A DNA stretch of 64,000 bases. Origin: Chloroflexota bacterium (lineage in GTDB: Bacteria; Chloroflexota; Dehalococcoidia; Lucifugimonadales; JADFKI01). This document shows, in pieces, positions 9,579 to 19,809 of this stretch. The DNA lies in assembly GCA_027623195.1 (NCBI GenBank), contig JAQBUT010000005.1, positions 31,464-95,463 on the forward strand. The letters run 5' to 3'. The notes below the pieces were generated by a model that worked only from the letters and a program-made list of their open reading frames with translations, made no database searches and had not been told where the DNA came from. Numbering within the stretch: the stretch's first letter is position 1; each line of letters begins with the position of its first letter. The position numbers were made by a program, and so were the translations under genes.

Positions 9579-11012
9579 TTGGCAAATAATCAGGGATCAC
9601 ATCCTCCAAGGCTCCCGCTTCGAGAGACGCTTGACGGTCTGCCACCAGAGTGGCCTCACGACCCTCTGCCGGATATCAGAGCCCTCATCAGCCAATCGGG
9701 CAAGAAGATTGTTGTGTTCGATGACGACCCCACTGGCACGCAGACGGTGCACGACGTGCCGGTGCTTACCGATTACAGCGTGGACGCCCTATGCCGGGAG
9801 ATGGCCGAGGACTTCCCTATATTCTACGTGCTCACGAACTCCCGGGGGCTGCCTGAAATCCCCGCCCGAAAGCTAAACGCCGCCATCGCCATGAACGTAG
9901 CCCAGGCTTCCCAACGCGCGCGCAAGGACTTCATTCTGGTAAGCCGCAGCGACTCAACGCTGCGGGGCCACTTCCCCGCCGAAACAGACTCCATAACTCA
10001 AGCCCTTGACCTGAAATACGACGGACTGGTTTTCACGCCGTTCTTCCTGGAGGGGGGCCGCTACACCATTAATAACGTCCACTACGTGGCAGAAGACGAA
10101 TGGCTGACGCCTGCTGGACAGACCGAGTTCGCACGGGACCCGGCGTTCTCCTTCCAGTCGTCGGACGTCCCCGGCTACATCCAGGAAAAGACCGGCGGAG
10201 CTATCAAAGCGGACGCAGTGACTATGATTTCCTTGGAAGACGTGCGGACCGGAGGACCGGACAGAGTTTCGGAAATACTGTCGCGTGTGAAAGGCCGGGC
10301 AGTCGTAGGCGTTAACGCTGTCAGCATGCGGGACATCGAGGTCTTCATGCTGGGCCTGCTGAAAACAGAGGGGAAGAAATTCATCTTTCGTACAGCAGCC
10401 TCCTTACTTAGGGCCATGCTGGGACAGGAAGGCAGGCCCCTTCTGACGGCATCGGAGATGGACGTCGGCAACGCGGGCGGCGGCCTGACCATCGTAGGCT
10501 CGTACGTTCCCAGGACTACCGGCCAGCTCAACCATCTGCTAGGCAACGGCGAGGTGAAGGGCGTCGAGATAAAAGTCGAGAGATTGCTGGAAGAATCGTG
10601 CCGTTCGGACGAGATTAGGCGGGTACGAGAGGAAATAAACGACCTGTTGCGCGATGGCAAGGATACGGTGGCCTTCACCAGCCGCGAACTGGTAAGCGGA
10701 AACTCTGCCGACGAAAGCCTGCATATTGGCAACACCGTATCGCAGGCGCTGGTGAAGATCGCCAGTTCGCTGGAGGCGCGTCCCAGATACCTTATTGCCA
10801 AGGGGGGCAATACCTGCAGCCAGATAGCCACCGAGGCCTTAGGCGTTCGTCGGGCATGGGCGCTAGGTCAGGTGTACCCCGGCGTACCCGTCTGGCGGCT
10901 AGGAGAAGAGTCTAAGTATCAGGACATGGCTTACGTGGTCTTCCCAGGCAACGTGGGTGGCGACGACGCCCTCACGAACGTCGTGAAAACATTGAGGTCC
11001 CCCCAGTGCTGA
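9579..11012 (+). CDS. Four-carbon acid sugar kinase family protein (DUF1537; OtnK/DtnK-like)
   Basis: N-terminal VVFDDDPTGTQTVHDVPVLT and FYVLTNSRGL motifs typical of DUF1537 kinases, 477 aa. TTG start with GGGAGG upstream. Confidence 0.8.
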   Translation: MANNQGSHPPRLPLRETLDGLPPEWPHDPLPDIRALISQSGKKIVVFDDDPTGTQTVHDVPVLTDYSVDALCREMAEDFPIFYVLTNSRGLPEIPARKLNAAIAMNVAQASQRARKDFILVSRSDSTLRGHFPAETDSITQALDLKYDGLVFTPFFLEGGRYTINNVHYVAEDEWLTPAGQTEFARDPAFSFQSSDVPGYIQEKTGGAIKADAVTMISLEDVRTGGPDRVSEILSRVKGRAVVGVNAVSMRDIEVFMLGLLKTEGKKFIFRTAASLLRAMLGQEGRPLLTASEMDVGNAGGGLTIVGSYVPRTTGQLNHLLGNGEVKGVEIKVERLLEESCRSDEIRRVREEINDLLRDGKDTVAFTSRELVSGNSADESLHIGNTVSQALVKIASSLEARPRYLIAKGGNTCSQIATEALGVRRAWALGQVYPGVPVWRLGEESKYQDMAYVVFPGNVGGDDALTNVVKTLRSPQC

Positions 11013-11851
11013 CGTCCACAAAGACCATGCTGAATATGGCCCGGGAAGGCGACTACGCCGTGGGCGCCTTCAACATTTACAACCTGGAAGGCGTGTTGGC
11101 CGTTGTAGCCGCAGCCGAAGAGGAGTTCAGTCCGGCAATCCTGCAGCTTCATCCGGCCTCTCTGCGGCACGGGGGCAAAACCCTGGTGGAGATGTGCCTT
11201 GCCGCTGTCAGGAGTACGTTCATACCCATGTCAGTACACCTGGACCACAGCGCTTCGGACGAGGATATTCGGCTGGCCCTAGACGCTGGCCTGGTCTCCA
11301 TCATGGCGGACGGGTCCAGCCTGCCCTACGACGACAACATAGCCTTCACCGGCGGCGTTACGGCGTTGGTTCACAGTAAAGACGGCACCGTAGAGGCCGA
11401 GCTGGGTCGCCTCACAGGCACTGAAGACGACCTTACCGTGCCCGAGAATCTCGCCAAGTTCACTGATCCTGACCAGGCAGCGGATTTCGTGGATCGAACA
11501 GGCATAGATGCACTGGCCGTTTGCATTGGCAATGTCCACGGGACGTATCGCGGTGCGCCTAGCCTTGATTTCCATAGGCTGCAGGCCATCGAGGCGAATA
11601 TAAGCATCCCGCTAGTGCTGCATGGCGCATCCGGCCTGCCAGAAGATATGATCAGCCGTTCCATTGCCTTTGGCGTCCGTAAATTCAACGTGAACACAGA
11701 AGTCCGGCAGGCCTACATTTCCAGCCTCACAGACAGGCTTGGCGAGACCCCCCAGCCCGACCTCACCAGCGTCATGAGCAGCGCGGTCGACGCCATGAAA
11801 TCGGTCGTCGCATCCAAGATTCGCCTGTTCGGCTCCAACGGCAGAGGCTAG
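11006..11851 (+). CDS. Class II ketose/fructose-bisphosphate aldolase family protein
   Basis: YAVGAFNIYNLEG, VHLDHS, MADGS, VEAELG, AVCIGNVHG and PLVLHGASG motifs of the PF01116-type aldolase. Overlaps the kinase stop by 7 nt at the GTG start (alternative ATG at 11027). Confidence 0.8.
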   Translation: MLTSTKTMLNMAREGDYAVGAFNIYNLEGVLAVVAAAEEEFSPAILQLHPASLRHGGKTLVEMCLAAVRSTFIPMSVHLDHSASDEDIRLALDAGLVSIMADGSSLPYDDNIAFTGGVTALVHSKDGTVEAELGRLTGTEDDLTVPENLAKFTDPDQAADFVDRTGIDALAVCIGNVHGTYRGAPSLDFHRLQAIEANISIPLVLHGASGLPEDMISRSIAFGVRKFNVNTEVRQAYISSLTDRLGETPQPDLTSVMSSAVDAMKSVVASKIRLFGSNGRG

Positions 11852-11946
11852 TCGCCCCTACCCAACGTACTGCCCACGCTCTATAATTCGCTCAGGGTTA
11901 TAATTCCCTGAGAACACCCCTTTTTAGATTTCATAGGCGTGGCAAC

Positions 11947-13224
11947 ATGAAACAGCTTGTCCTGCAACCCATTCACCATACGCAAGGGACGGTCCACCTG
12001 CCCGGCTCCAAGAGCATGACGAACCGCGTCCTGCTATTAGCATCGTTAGCGGAAGGCGTTACTGACGTTCGCAACATGTTGCAGAGCGAAGACACCACCC
12101 ACATGCTCAATGCGCTGCGAACGCTAGGGGTGAGCATTTCCGTAGACGAGGGCGGCACCGACTGCCGAGTGCAGGGCATCGGAGGTCCCTTCCCTGCGTC
12201 CGATGCTGAGCTATTTCTAGGCAACTCCGGCACGACCATGCGCTCACTGTGCGCCGCTATATGCCTGGCCAATGGCGACTTCACTCTGACCGGCGAGCCT
12301 CGAATGTGGGAGAGGCCTATCAAGGACCTGGTGGACGCCCTTCGCGCGCTGGGTGCCGACATTCAATACCTGAAGGCGGATGGGTACCCACCGCTTCGTA
12401 TACAAGCCAACGGACTGCCGGGCGGCAATGTGAAGATCAGGGGCAACATATCCAGCCAGTACCTGACAGGACTCCTCCTCGCGGCCCCTCTGTGCGAGGG
12501 CGACATGACCATCGAGGTAGAAGGCGAGCTGGTGTCCAAGCCCTACATAACCATGACCTTAGACGTCATGAGGAGGTTCGGGGTCTCGGTGGTGAACGAG
12601 GATTTCCAAACCTTCAAGGTATCTGGAGGGCAGCCATACGTATCCCCGGGACAGGCGCACGTGGAGGGCGACGCATCATCTGCGACCTACTTCCTCTCCG
12701 CAGGGGCCATCTCAGGCAAGGTCCGGGTGGACGGCGTGGGCAGCGACAGCGTGCAGGGCGACATCGCGCACGCAGACGTGCTGAAGCAGATGGGCGCTTC
12801 CGTATCCATGGGACCGGACTGGATCGAGGTGGAGCATGGCGACCTGCACGGCGTGGACCTGGACCTGAACCACATGCCCGACGCGGCTATGACTGTGGCG
12901 GTCACAGCCCTGTTCGCCAAGGGAAAGACTACCATTCGCAACATCTACAACTGGCGGGTAAAAGAGACTGATCGCCTTAGCGCCATGGCTACCGAGCTTC
13001 GCAAAGTGGGCGCGGACGTCGTGGAGGGCAACGATTACCTAGAGATAACCCCTCCTGAGCAGATACGAGCTGCAGTCATTGACACTTACAATGACCACCG
13101 AATGGCCATGTGCTTCTCGCTTGCAGCCCTGGGCGACGCCACAATCACCATCAACGACCCGGACTGTGTCTCCAAAACCTTTCCAGACTACTTCGATAGG
13201 CTACGGGAAATTACCAGCGACTAG
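11947..13224 (+). CDS. aroA: 3-phosphoshikimate 1-carboxyvinyltransferase (EPSP synthase)
   Basis: [45 protein letters not shown] and 425-aa length are diagnostic of class I EPSPS. Confidence 0.92.
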   Translation: MKQLVLQPIHHTQGTVHLPGSKSMTNRVLLLASLAEGVTDVRNMLQSEDTTHMLNALRTLGVSISVDEGGTDCRVQGIGGPFPASDAELFLGNSGTTMRSLCAAICLANGDFTLTGEPRMWERPIKDLVDALRALGADIQYLKADGYPPLRIQANGLPGGNVKIRGNISSQYLTGLLLAAPLCEGDMTIEVEGELVSKPYITMTLDVMRRFGVSVVNEDFQTFKVSGGQPYVSPGQAHVEGDASSATYFLSAGAISGKVRVDGVGSDSVQGDIAHADVLKQMGASVSMGPDWIEVEHGDLHGVDLDLNHMPDAAMTVAVTALFAKGKTTIRNIYNWRVKETDRLSAMATELRKVGADVVEGNDYLEITPPEQIRAAVIDTYNDHRMAMCFSLAALGDATITINDPDCVSKTFPDYFDRLREITSD

Positions 13225-13739
13225 TTTACGAAGTAAGGGAAAGGTTCTTGGCCCGACGCCGTGGCTATCATAGCTAAGAATGACGCCGGGCCTGGTTCCT
13301 TAGTAGATATATATAAGGTGGGGGCCATATTTCCAGAGTCGCCCTCGAACAAAAAGTGCCGAATACTTTTTGGGCGGGGCTTCCTGAGCCTCATTTCATG
13401 TAATTACCTTAACGCCCGTATTGATTGCCTCTCCACATCTCCGTGCCAACCCTCTCAATTTTCTGGGTGCCTGCACGCGCTTTTTAAACCGAGTTTTAGA
13501 CAACTCAGTGACGGGCGGATTGCAGCTAGCACGGGCCTACCATTTAACGGACCGCCGTCCTTGCACCTATCCCCTTTGGTGGGCGACTACGACGATGGAA
13601 TCCGCAAACGCTGTGACAATGAATAGCACACCGGAAGCACACCGGAAGTCGTGTAGCCCATGTGGACACGCAGTGAGAGTTAAGACCTGAATTTATCAAA
13701 AAGCTCAATTATCGAGTTGCGAGGCAGGGAGGAATTGGT

Positions 13740-14135
13740 ATGAGCCCCAAAGTGGTGGTAGTGGATGATCAGGACATGATAAGGGAAGTCTTGGTCGAAA
13801 CCTTGCAACTCAGTGGATATGAAGCATTTCAGGCCTCAAACGGTGATGAAGGCCTGAGACTTGTTGAAGAGCACTGTCCCGAACTGGTAATTACCGACAT
13901 TCGAATGCCCGGAATGGATGGTTTCGAATTCAGCCGAAAGATCAGGGAAACCAGTGAGGCCCGAATCATAATGCTTAGCGGGCTGGACGAACAGTCCCAC
14001 AACGATGATCCCACCGGCCTTATTGATGCCTACATGATGAAGCCAATAATGCTACAGGAATTTCTTTCCGTCGTGGAAGCCGTGATCGCGGGCGATGGTA
14101 TGGCATCCACAGAAAACATCGGAGCGGTCGCTTAA
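13740..14135 (+). CDS. Single-domain response regulator (CheY-like receiver)
   Basis: VVVVDDQ...ITDIRMPGMDGFEF...KP receiver signature, 131 aa, no output domain. GGGAGG SD upstream. Confidence 0.85.
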   Translation: MSPKVVVVDDQDMIREVLVETLQLSGYEAFQASNGDEGLRLVEEHCPELVITDIRMPGMDGFEFSRKIRETSEARIIMLSGLDEQSHNDDPTGLIDAYMMKPIMLQEFLSVVEAVIAGDGMASTENIGAVA

Positions 14136-14182
14136 CGAACGAGGGACCTGCTCACGAGCCTAATTTAGTCCTCCGAATCTGG

Positions 14183-14218
14183 AAATACGCCTTCCTTGAA
14201 ATATAGGGAGGCGTATTT
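14183..14218. terminator. Hairpin between convergent genes (probable bidirectional terminator)
   Basis: About 13-bp stem AAATACGCCTTCC / GGGAGGCGTATTT with a 10-nt loop and flanking T-rich ends. It lies between the + strand response regulator and the - strand amidohydrolase. Confidence 0.45.
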
Positions 14219-14256
14219 TCGTGTGGGCAATTTGTAATTTACTCAGAGCACCCACA

Positions 14257-15054
14257 TCACTTATCGAGCCTGAAGACCTCCACCGCCGTTTTTCCCATTA
14301 CCCATTCCTTGTCTATGTCACTGGAAAACGCAGGATGGTCCATGATGCCCTGAAGCGCGTTGCGATAACCCTCGCGACCGCTAACGGGCGGGTAGTCGCT
14401 TCCCCACATCATGCGACGCGGCCCGAAAGCGTCGTAGGCCATCTCTATAAGGGGCGGCGTGTCGTCGAAGCGAAATTTCGGCAAGAGCGCCGGCGGCCTC
14501 GTGCTAATCTCTCCAAGTCCTCCGACCTTCAAGTAGGTGTTGGGATAATTGGCCAGAGCCATCGCCTTCTTGAACTGTACGTACGGCGGCTGGGCGCCTG
14601 ACCCAACGCCGGCCAGATGCTCAACAATTATTGGCATGTCGGGGAATTTGCTTACCAACGTATTAAACTCGTCCGACGCGAATCCGTTCGTGCTCTCCAA
14701 CGCCCCAAGGCTGCTGACGACCAACCCTAACTCCGACGCCTTACGCCAGATGGCCAGCGGATCATCGCCTGGTGAGCGTGCCCCTGGCGGCAACCGCACC
14801 CCAACGATACCCTTGGTGGCCCACTTCTCCAACGTTTGCGGCGCATCTGGTTGGGTGTAGTCAACAATGGCCACTACGGAGAATCTGTCCATAAATCGGT
14901 TGGCGCACTCCAGCAGGTAGGTGTTGTCGTAGGTTCCGCCGTGCTGTATGAGCACCGCTTTATCAACGGAGTTCGTGTTCATCTGGTGCAGAAGCAGCTC
15001 AACCGGCTCAAACCAGCTTTGCCCCGCGTGGCAGTGTGTATCAACTATAAGCAT
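14257..15054 (-). CDS. Amidohydrolase family protein (Amidohydro_2 / TIM-barrel metal-dependent hydrolase)
   Basis: N-terminal MLIVDTHCH metal-binding motif and C-terminal MWGSDYP motif, 265 aa. Confidence 0.7.
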   Translation of the reverse strand: MLIVDTHCHAGQSWFEPVELLLHQMNTNSVDKAVLIQHGGTYDNTYLLECANRFMDRFSVVAIVDYTQPDAPQTLEKWATKGIVGVRLPPGARSPGDDPLAIWRKASELGLVVSSLGALESTNGFASDEFNTLVSKFPDMPIIVEHLAGVGSGAQPPYVQFKKAMALANYPNTYLKVGGLGEISTRPPALLPKFRFDDTPPLIEMAYDAFGPRRMMWGSDYPPVSGREGYRNALQGIMDHPAFSSDIDKEWVMGKTAVEVFRLDK

Positions 15055-15306
15055 CTCAAGCCTCTCAGGTGCCTATTTGGCGGGCAGGCCATCCGCTGCC
15101 CAATAGTAAACTAATCAAATAAGGCAAAGTCCATTTTTCAACTAGAGGCAAATGATACACCAAGACCTGGGCCTTTACCCCTCCCAAACATACTCCTTGG
15201 ACGCGGAGCAGGAGGGCGCGGCCAGGTATGGCACAACATTATCCAATCCCGGCTCCAACGTGAGAAATGCAGTGTCAACAATTGGAAATCCGTTTAACTC
15301 AATAGA

Positions 15307-15855
15307 ATGAAAAGTACAAGTTGCTTGAATGCCGGTCTGAAAACGGTAGCCCTTCTGGTTATGCTCGCGGGGCTCCTGTTAGTTGCCTGTGTGCGAGAAG
15401 AGGTGCAGGCGGGATCAGAAGTGCCGACAATCGACGTTGCAATAAGCGATTTCACGAACACTGATATTGGCTGGGGTGTTACCGCCCTACCATCCTTAAT
15501 TTCCCTACCATCCTCACCTTCGGCAAGAAGAGTTATCTTTAATATCACGAACATCAATGCCGCCAGCACGTTGGCAGACACGCCGGACATCGCTCACACC
15601 CTTTGGGTGATAAAGTCTGACCTGCCGCCAGATAACCTACCAACAAAAGGGCCCGGTCTTGGAGTTGATATCTCCAAATTGGATGTGTGGGGTGCGGTGC
15701 CTGCCTTAAATTCAGGAGAAAAATCCGCTCTTCATCTCGACCTAGAGCCTGGCAAGTACGTATTGATATGCAACATCGTTCCCAACAACGTTGAGTTCCC
15801 GTCACATTATGAACAGGGCAGCTTTACAGGTTTCACTGTGAAAGAAGAACGTTAA
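15307..15855 (+). CDS. Putative cupredoxin-like lipoprotein
   Basis: Lipobox LLLVAC. C-terminal LEPGKYVLICNIV...PSHYEQGSFTGFTV resembles a cupredoxin C...H...(Q/M) copper-site loop, with an upstream His (IAHTLWV). Assignment is tentative. Confidence 0.4.
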   Translation: MKSTSCLNAGLKTVALLVMLAGLLLVACVREEVQAGSEVPTIDVAISDFTNTDIGWGVTALPSLISLPSSPSARRVIFNITNINAASTLADTPDIAHTLWVIKSDLPPDNLPTKGPGLGVDISKLDVWGAVPALNSGEKSALHLDLEPGKYVLICNIVPNNVEFPSHYEQGSFTGFTVKEER

Positions 15856-15930
15856 GTCGCTTCGTTCAGCCCAGCCCTCTCACTTTCCTCTGTCCGGCAA
15901 TCCAATTCTCTTTAGTCTGGAAACCATCCT

Positions 15931-16797
15931 CTAAGACTGCGAATCGTACCAGTCCAGAATCTCCCCACCGGTCATCAGCAGCACGCCTTCGTGAGAGGTG
16001 ATGTACTCCAGCAGCTTTTCGAAATAGCCAATTCGATGCGGCACGCCCGTCACATAGGGATGCAGCGCTATACACATAATACGAGCAGACTCAGACCCTT
16101 CGCTGTAGAGCCTGTCGAACTGGTCCTTGCCCCTATCGAATATTTCTGACGACTTGTGGTGCTGTACGACATACATAGGAATGTCGTTCATTTCTACAGT
16201 GTAAGGAATGGAGACCATTCGCCCGGTCTTCACTTTCATTGGGACGGGCTGGTCATCCATAACCCAGTCGCAGATGTACTCGATGCCCGCTGCGGCCAAC
16301 AGGTCTGGCGTATCCGATGTCTCTGCAAGGCCGGGCCCCATCCATCCCCTGGGGGCTGTGCCTCCCGTTGCCTCCGTTATTGTGTCAACGGTCTTCCGTA
16401 TCACTGCCTCTTCGTCGTCCTCTAAAGGCAGGGCTCGCTGCAAGAAGCCATGGCCCATCATCTCCCAATTGGCGTCCAACATAGCCTTGAAGACCTCAGG
16501 ATAAGACAGGCAGACGGATGCGTTAAGGCTGACCGTGGCCCGCATGCGAATCCTGTCCAAAGCGGCCTTGATACGCCAGAAGCCCACGCGCATGCCGTAC
16601 TCATGCCAGCTATAGTTGGGAATGTCCGGCACAACGGACGCCCCTTGAGGCGTGGGAAGCACCTGACGCGCCATCTTGTCGTTGATGTTCCATTCCTCTA
16701 CGTTTACCACCACCCACAGCGCCAACCTGGCGCCGTTGGGCAGCTTCAGAGGCTTCCTGTCGTTAATTGCAGAGTAGTCTGCTCGAGGGTTGCTCAA
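15931..16797 (-). CDS. Polysaccharide deacetylase family protein (PuuE/allantoinase-like)
   Basis: 288 aa. LALWVVVNVEEW, HEYGMRVGFWR and MGHGF motifs resemble the NodB-fold PuuE-like subgroup. Confidence 0.65.
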   Translation of the reverse strand: MSNPRADYSAINDRKPLKLPNGARLALWVVVNVEEWNINDKMARQVLPTPQGASVVPDIPNYSWHEYGMRVGFWRIKAALDRIRMRATVSLNASVCLSYPEVFKAMLDANWEMMGHGFLQRALPLEDDEEAVIRKTVDTITEATGGTAPRGWMGPGLAETSDTPDLLAAAGIEYICDWVMDDQPVPMKVKTGRMVSIPYTVEMNDIPMYVVQHHKSSEIFDRGKDQFDRLYSEGSESARIMCIALHPYVTGVPHRIGYFEKLLEYITSHEGVLLMTGGEILDWYDSQS

Positions 16798-16815
16798 ATT
16801 AAATCTCCTGGCAGT

Positions 16816-17265
16816 TTAAGGCCTTTTTTGAGGCTCTATTCTCTCCCAAACCAGGGACAACGTCCACGTTACATCTCGGAATTGGGTGGGCAGGGACTCC
16901 AGCTTTAACTGGTTCCCGTCGAAGGTGAATATTCGAACCTGGTCCGAGTTTTCCCAATTGGGAAAGGAGCTAGCCTCCAACTGGTGGGTCACTATCTGCT
17001 TTTCATTATCTATGGCGTAGGTGCCGCAGTAGGCCATCATCTTATCCATGGCCCCCTTAGCCTCATCCGGGGTGCTCCGGGCCGGGTTATCGGAAGCGAA
17101 CTTTTCCCTGTCGGAAGCCGTGAGCAGGACGCCCAGGTTGCCGTCCGCGTCGTAAATGATCTTGCCGTAGGGTGCATCGCCGTAGGGCTGGGTAACGCGG
17201 CCGTCAGAGCATATGGCTTCGTATGATTTCAGGCTCCATCCCCCTATGAATCGTTCGTCCGTCAT
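16816..17265 (-). CDS. Lipocalin-like domain protein
   Basis: FIGGWSLKSYE...PYGDAPYGKIIYDADGNLGV...MAYCGTY pattern typical of Lipocalin_5-type domains, 149 aa. Confidence 0.5.
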   Translation of the reverse strand: MTDERFIGGWSLKSYEAICSDGRVTQPYGDAPYGKIIYDADGNLGVLLTASDREKFASDNPARSTPDEAKGAMDKMMAYCGTYAIDNEKQIVTHQLEASSFPNWENSDQVRIFTFDGNQLKLESLPTQFRDVTWTLSLVWERIEPQKRP

Positions 17266-17615
17266 GTTGAAAAATCATCCCCTTAGGTTGTTGCCGAGGC
17301 CGCTGACGATGCAGCGCTTCTGTTAGGTAGTTTGCGGGTGAACCTTACCAGAAATTGGCCTTCTAAGAAAGTGTCTCCATGGGATGAATGGGCAACGGAG
17401 CTACCCTTTGAGTGACCGCACCCACCCAATTTGAGAACAGGCTCGGGGAACTCACAATGAAAACACCCATGACCTATACGCGGTAATAAAGGGAGTATAG
17501 TCGGAACACACCAAACGCACACGCCGCGCTAGGAGAAAACGATTAACGCAGCGTCATGCCAGGGGATGGGTGGAAGATGATCGGAGACATGATGCCAAAT
17601 CAATTTGTCGCAAGC

Positions 17616-18764
17616 ATGAAAAAGTGGTACGCAGTGGGCGCAACGGGAACTTTGCTTCTTGCCGCCGCCTGCGGACCAATCAGCGCCCAGGACGCTCAGG
17701 GTGTGCTGGACACTGGACGCGAAATTCAAAGGCTTCAGCAGGAAGAGATAACCCCCAGGCTGGATGCCATTACCGAGCTCCAGCAGGAAATTGAGCCTCT
17801 TGAGACCCGACTCCGGGAGATCAAGAAAGAGTTCCGCGGGATTGAACGAGATTCAATCGGTCCTATGAAAGAGGATTTCAAGGAATCCAATTTCGGACCT
17901 GACCATGAGTTGATTCGCGAGCTTGAAGAAGAGATGCAGGCGCGTATGCACGCAATCGACGAAGAACAGCGCGAGTTGGATGGCCAACGACGTGATATAG
18001 AAACAGCCCTTCATAACGAGACCAGGGGCTTTGAGGAACAGTTCAAAGACGTTGAAAAAGATAAGTCTGATCGTATGAGGGAGATCGACGAAGAGCTTCG
18101 TTACCTGCACCAGGGAACAGAAGACGAAGTCCAGGATCTTTATTAGGACGCTGCGAAAATAGAAAACAAGATAAGCCGCACTGATTGGAACGATCCCGAC
18201 GACGCTCAGAAGGCAGAAGAGCTTGAAGACGAGTTGAAGGATATTCACGACCGTATTCAGGACATGGAAGACGAGAACCGTCGGAGAATCGAAGGGCTTG
18301 AGAATGAACACTACGCCTTGGATGAAAAGTCCTGGGACATGCAAAATAAAATGCAGTCCTTCTACGATGATCTAGAAGAACGAACGAGAGACGAGTTCGA
18401 CGCCATCGAAACCCGGCGAATGGAACTGGATGAGGAGCGCTGGGCCCTAGACGATGAGATGCGGCAGAAATTCGAAGAGGCCGAAGCGACCTTCAGGGAT
18501 CAAAAGCAAGAGCACAGGGAGCTTATAACGGCGGTTGTGGATGACCAACTGGGGCCTCTGGAGGAGGAAGCCCTGGACCTGGAGATGCAGCTCGAAGATC
18601 TTTACACTCGTGAGCATGCACTACAGCGTGAGCTGGCCGCTTTCAGCCAGGAGATTGCTCCGCTACGCCAGACCATGGAGTCATCTATGCTTGATCTGCT
18701 TGATTCGGCCATTCAGGCAGCGGAGAGCAACCCTATGATCTTCGCAGACGACTCAACCGATTAG
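17616..18764 (+). pseudogene. Highly charged coiled-coil lipoprotein gene with one in-frame TAG
   Basis: MKKWYAVGATGTLLLAAAC lipoprotein signal, then about 360 aa of E/D/R/K-rich heptad-like sequence. TAG at 18144-18146 is in frame (17556 and 18234 are congruent mod 3). The frame stays open across 18147-18233 (DAAKIENKISRTDWNDPDDAQKAEELEDE...). Confidence 0.55.
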
Positions 18765-18787
18765 ATTCCAACCAAGTCATCTTCTGT

Positions 18788-18821
18788 AAAAAAGGCCTCC
18801 CCAGTGGGGAGGCCTTTTTTT
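18788..18821. terminator. Bidirectional rho-independent terminator
   Basis: A6-GGCCTCCCC-AGT-GGGGAGGCC-T7, placed between convergent genes. Confidence 0.75.
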
Positions 18822-18885
18822 GATCTATGTTCATTATGCTACCCGAAGCCCGCACGGGGGCCTCTGCTTCCGGTTAGCCAAGTGC

Positions 18886-19809
18886 CTAACCTAGACTAAT
18901 GCCATGCCCGCTGTAGTACCGGACTGAGCCCGAATGAATTGGCCCTCGTGGATTGGTAGCGGCGTTTGCGGGGTCAAAACCGTTGGCAGCAGGGTGAATG
19001 GCTGCAACGAGGTCTGGATTATCGCAAACAACACTGGTTATGGCGTGCGCCAGGTCCTCTGGCACCCCCGAATGAAATCCCAACGTCGTCCCCATGGAAA
19101 TAGTCGGCACTGGTTCCCGGACAATACCGTATGCTCCGGTGGTTATCTGGTCGGCGGCCCAGCCAAGAGTTTCCAGGTGTTGGACAAGGGTTTGTGGCAT
19201 ACCTAGCAGCTTGAGAGGCCTGGCGTCATTCGCCGCAGCCACAGACGGCGACGGCACCCCCATAAACTGCCAGAGCGCGTTCACCTCACCACTGCGGTAG
19301 AGTTCCAACTGCTGATCGTAGTTTGCCGCAGACACCAGCCGACATCCCCAGGACTCTACGTCCTCCTCGGACGCGCCCAAGTGCGCCAGCGCCAGCCGAA
19401 AGACTAGCCGATCCACCGTGCCTACGCGATCCACGGGGATACTCAGAACAGCCTTTTGAGTTATCCAGTCGTCCATGTATTGGAGAGACGAACCGGACTC
19501 CACCAACAGGTGCAGATAGTTCACCGTCAGGTTCGCGACGCCAGCGCGCAACTCGGGATATGGCCTGTCATAAGGGTCTCTGCCCTGCACCGCTGCGGCC
19601 GTCATAGGTGGGTTCAGAATGCCCATGGCGATCTCGCCGGAACCCACCAGGGCGTGGTTCATGACGCCGCCGCCCTCGACCACTTCGATTGTGATTTCAG
19701 GGTACATCTCGCCAACGAGCCGGGCGATGCCCTCCATGAGCACAAACCAACTCCCGCCCCTGCCGCCTGCAACCGCCTGCAATCTGACGATGCTTTTTGA
19801 TGTAGCCAA
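18886..19809 (-). CDS. TAXI/NMT1-like solute-binding-fold protein lacking a signal peptide
   Basis: GGRGGSWFVLMEGIARLV...GGGVMNHALVGSGEIAMG resembles TAXI-family TRAP receptors, but there is no N-terminal signal. TTG start directly abuts the upstream stop (TAG TTG). Confidence 0.5.
   Translation of the reverse strand: MATSKSIVRLQAVAGGRGGSWFVLMEGIARLVGEMYPEITIEVVEGGGVMNHALVGSGEIAMGILNPPMTAAAVQGRDPYDRPYPELRAGVANLTVNYLHLLVESGSSLQYMDDWITQKAVLSIPVDRVGTVDRLVFRLALAHLGASEEDVESWGCRLVSAANYDQQLELYRSGEVNALWQFMGVPSPSVAAANDARPLKLLGMPQTLVQHLETLGWAADQITTGAYGIVREPVPTISMGTTLGFHSGVPEDLAHAITSVVCDNPDLVAAIHPAANGFDPANAATNPRGPIHSGSVRYYSGHGISLG

Noticed and set aside
10175-10831. Long ORFs antisense to confidently assigned genes. 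Examples: 10175-10831, 26380-27081, 31274-31786, 28717-29142, 58773-59384, 59362-59952, 45136-45717, 45776-46462.
   Set aside because: They overlap well-supported genes on the other strand. They are rich in Arg/Ser/Pro/Ala, as expected for shadow frames in GC-rich DNA, and lack recognisable motifs or SD sites.
13225-13739. Possible SRP RNA, tmRNA or RNase P in the long aroA-CheY intergenic region (CCGGAAG repeats, GCAAACGC).
   Set aside because: None of the conserved cores could be found on either strand. These include the SRP helix-8 AGCAGC/GGCAG motifs, the tmRNA acceptor/T-arm and tag reading frame, and the RNase P GAGGAAAGUCC. Only a hairpin and a tandem 11-mer are supportable.
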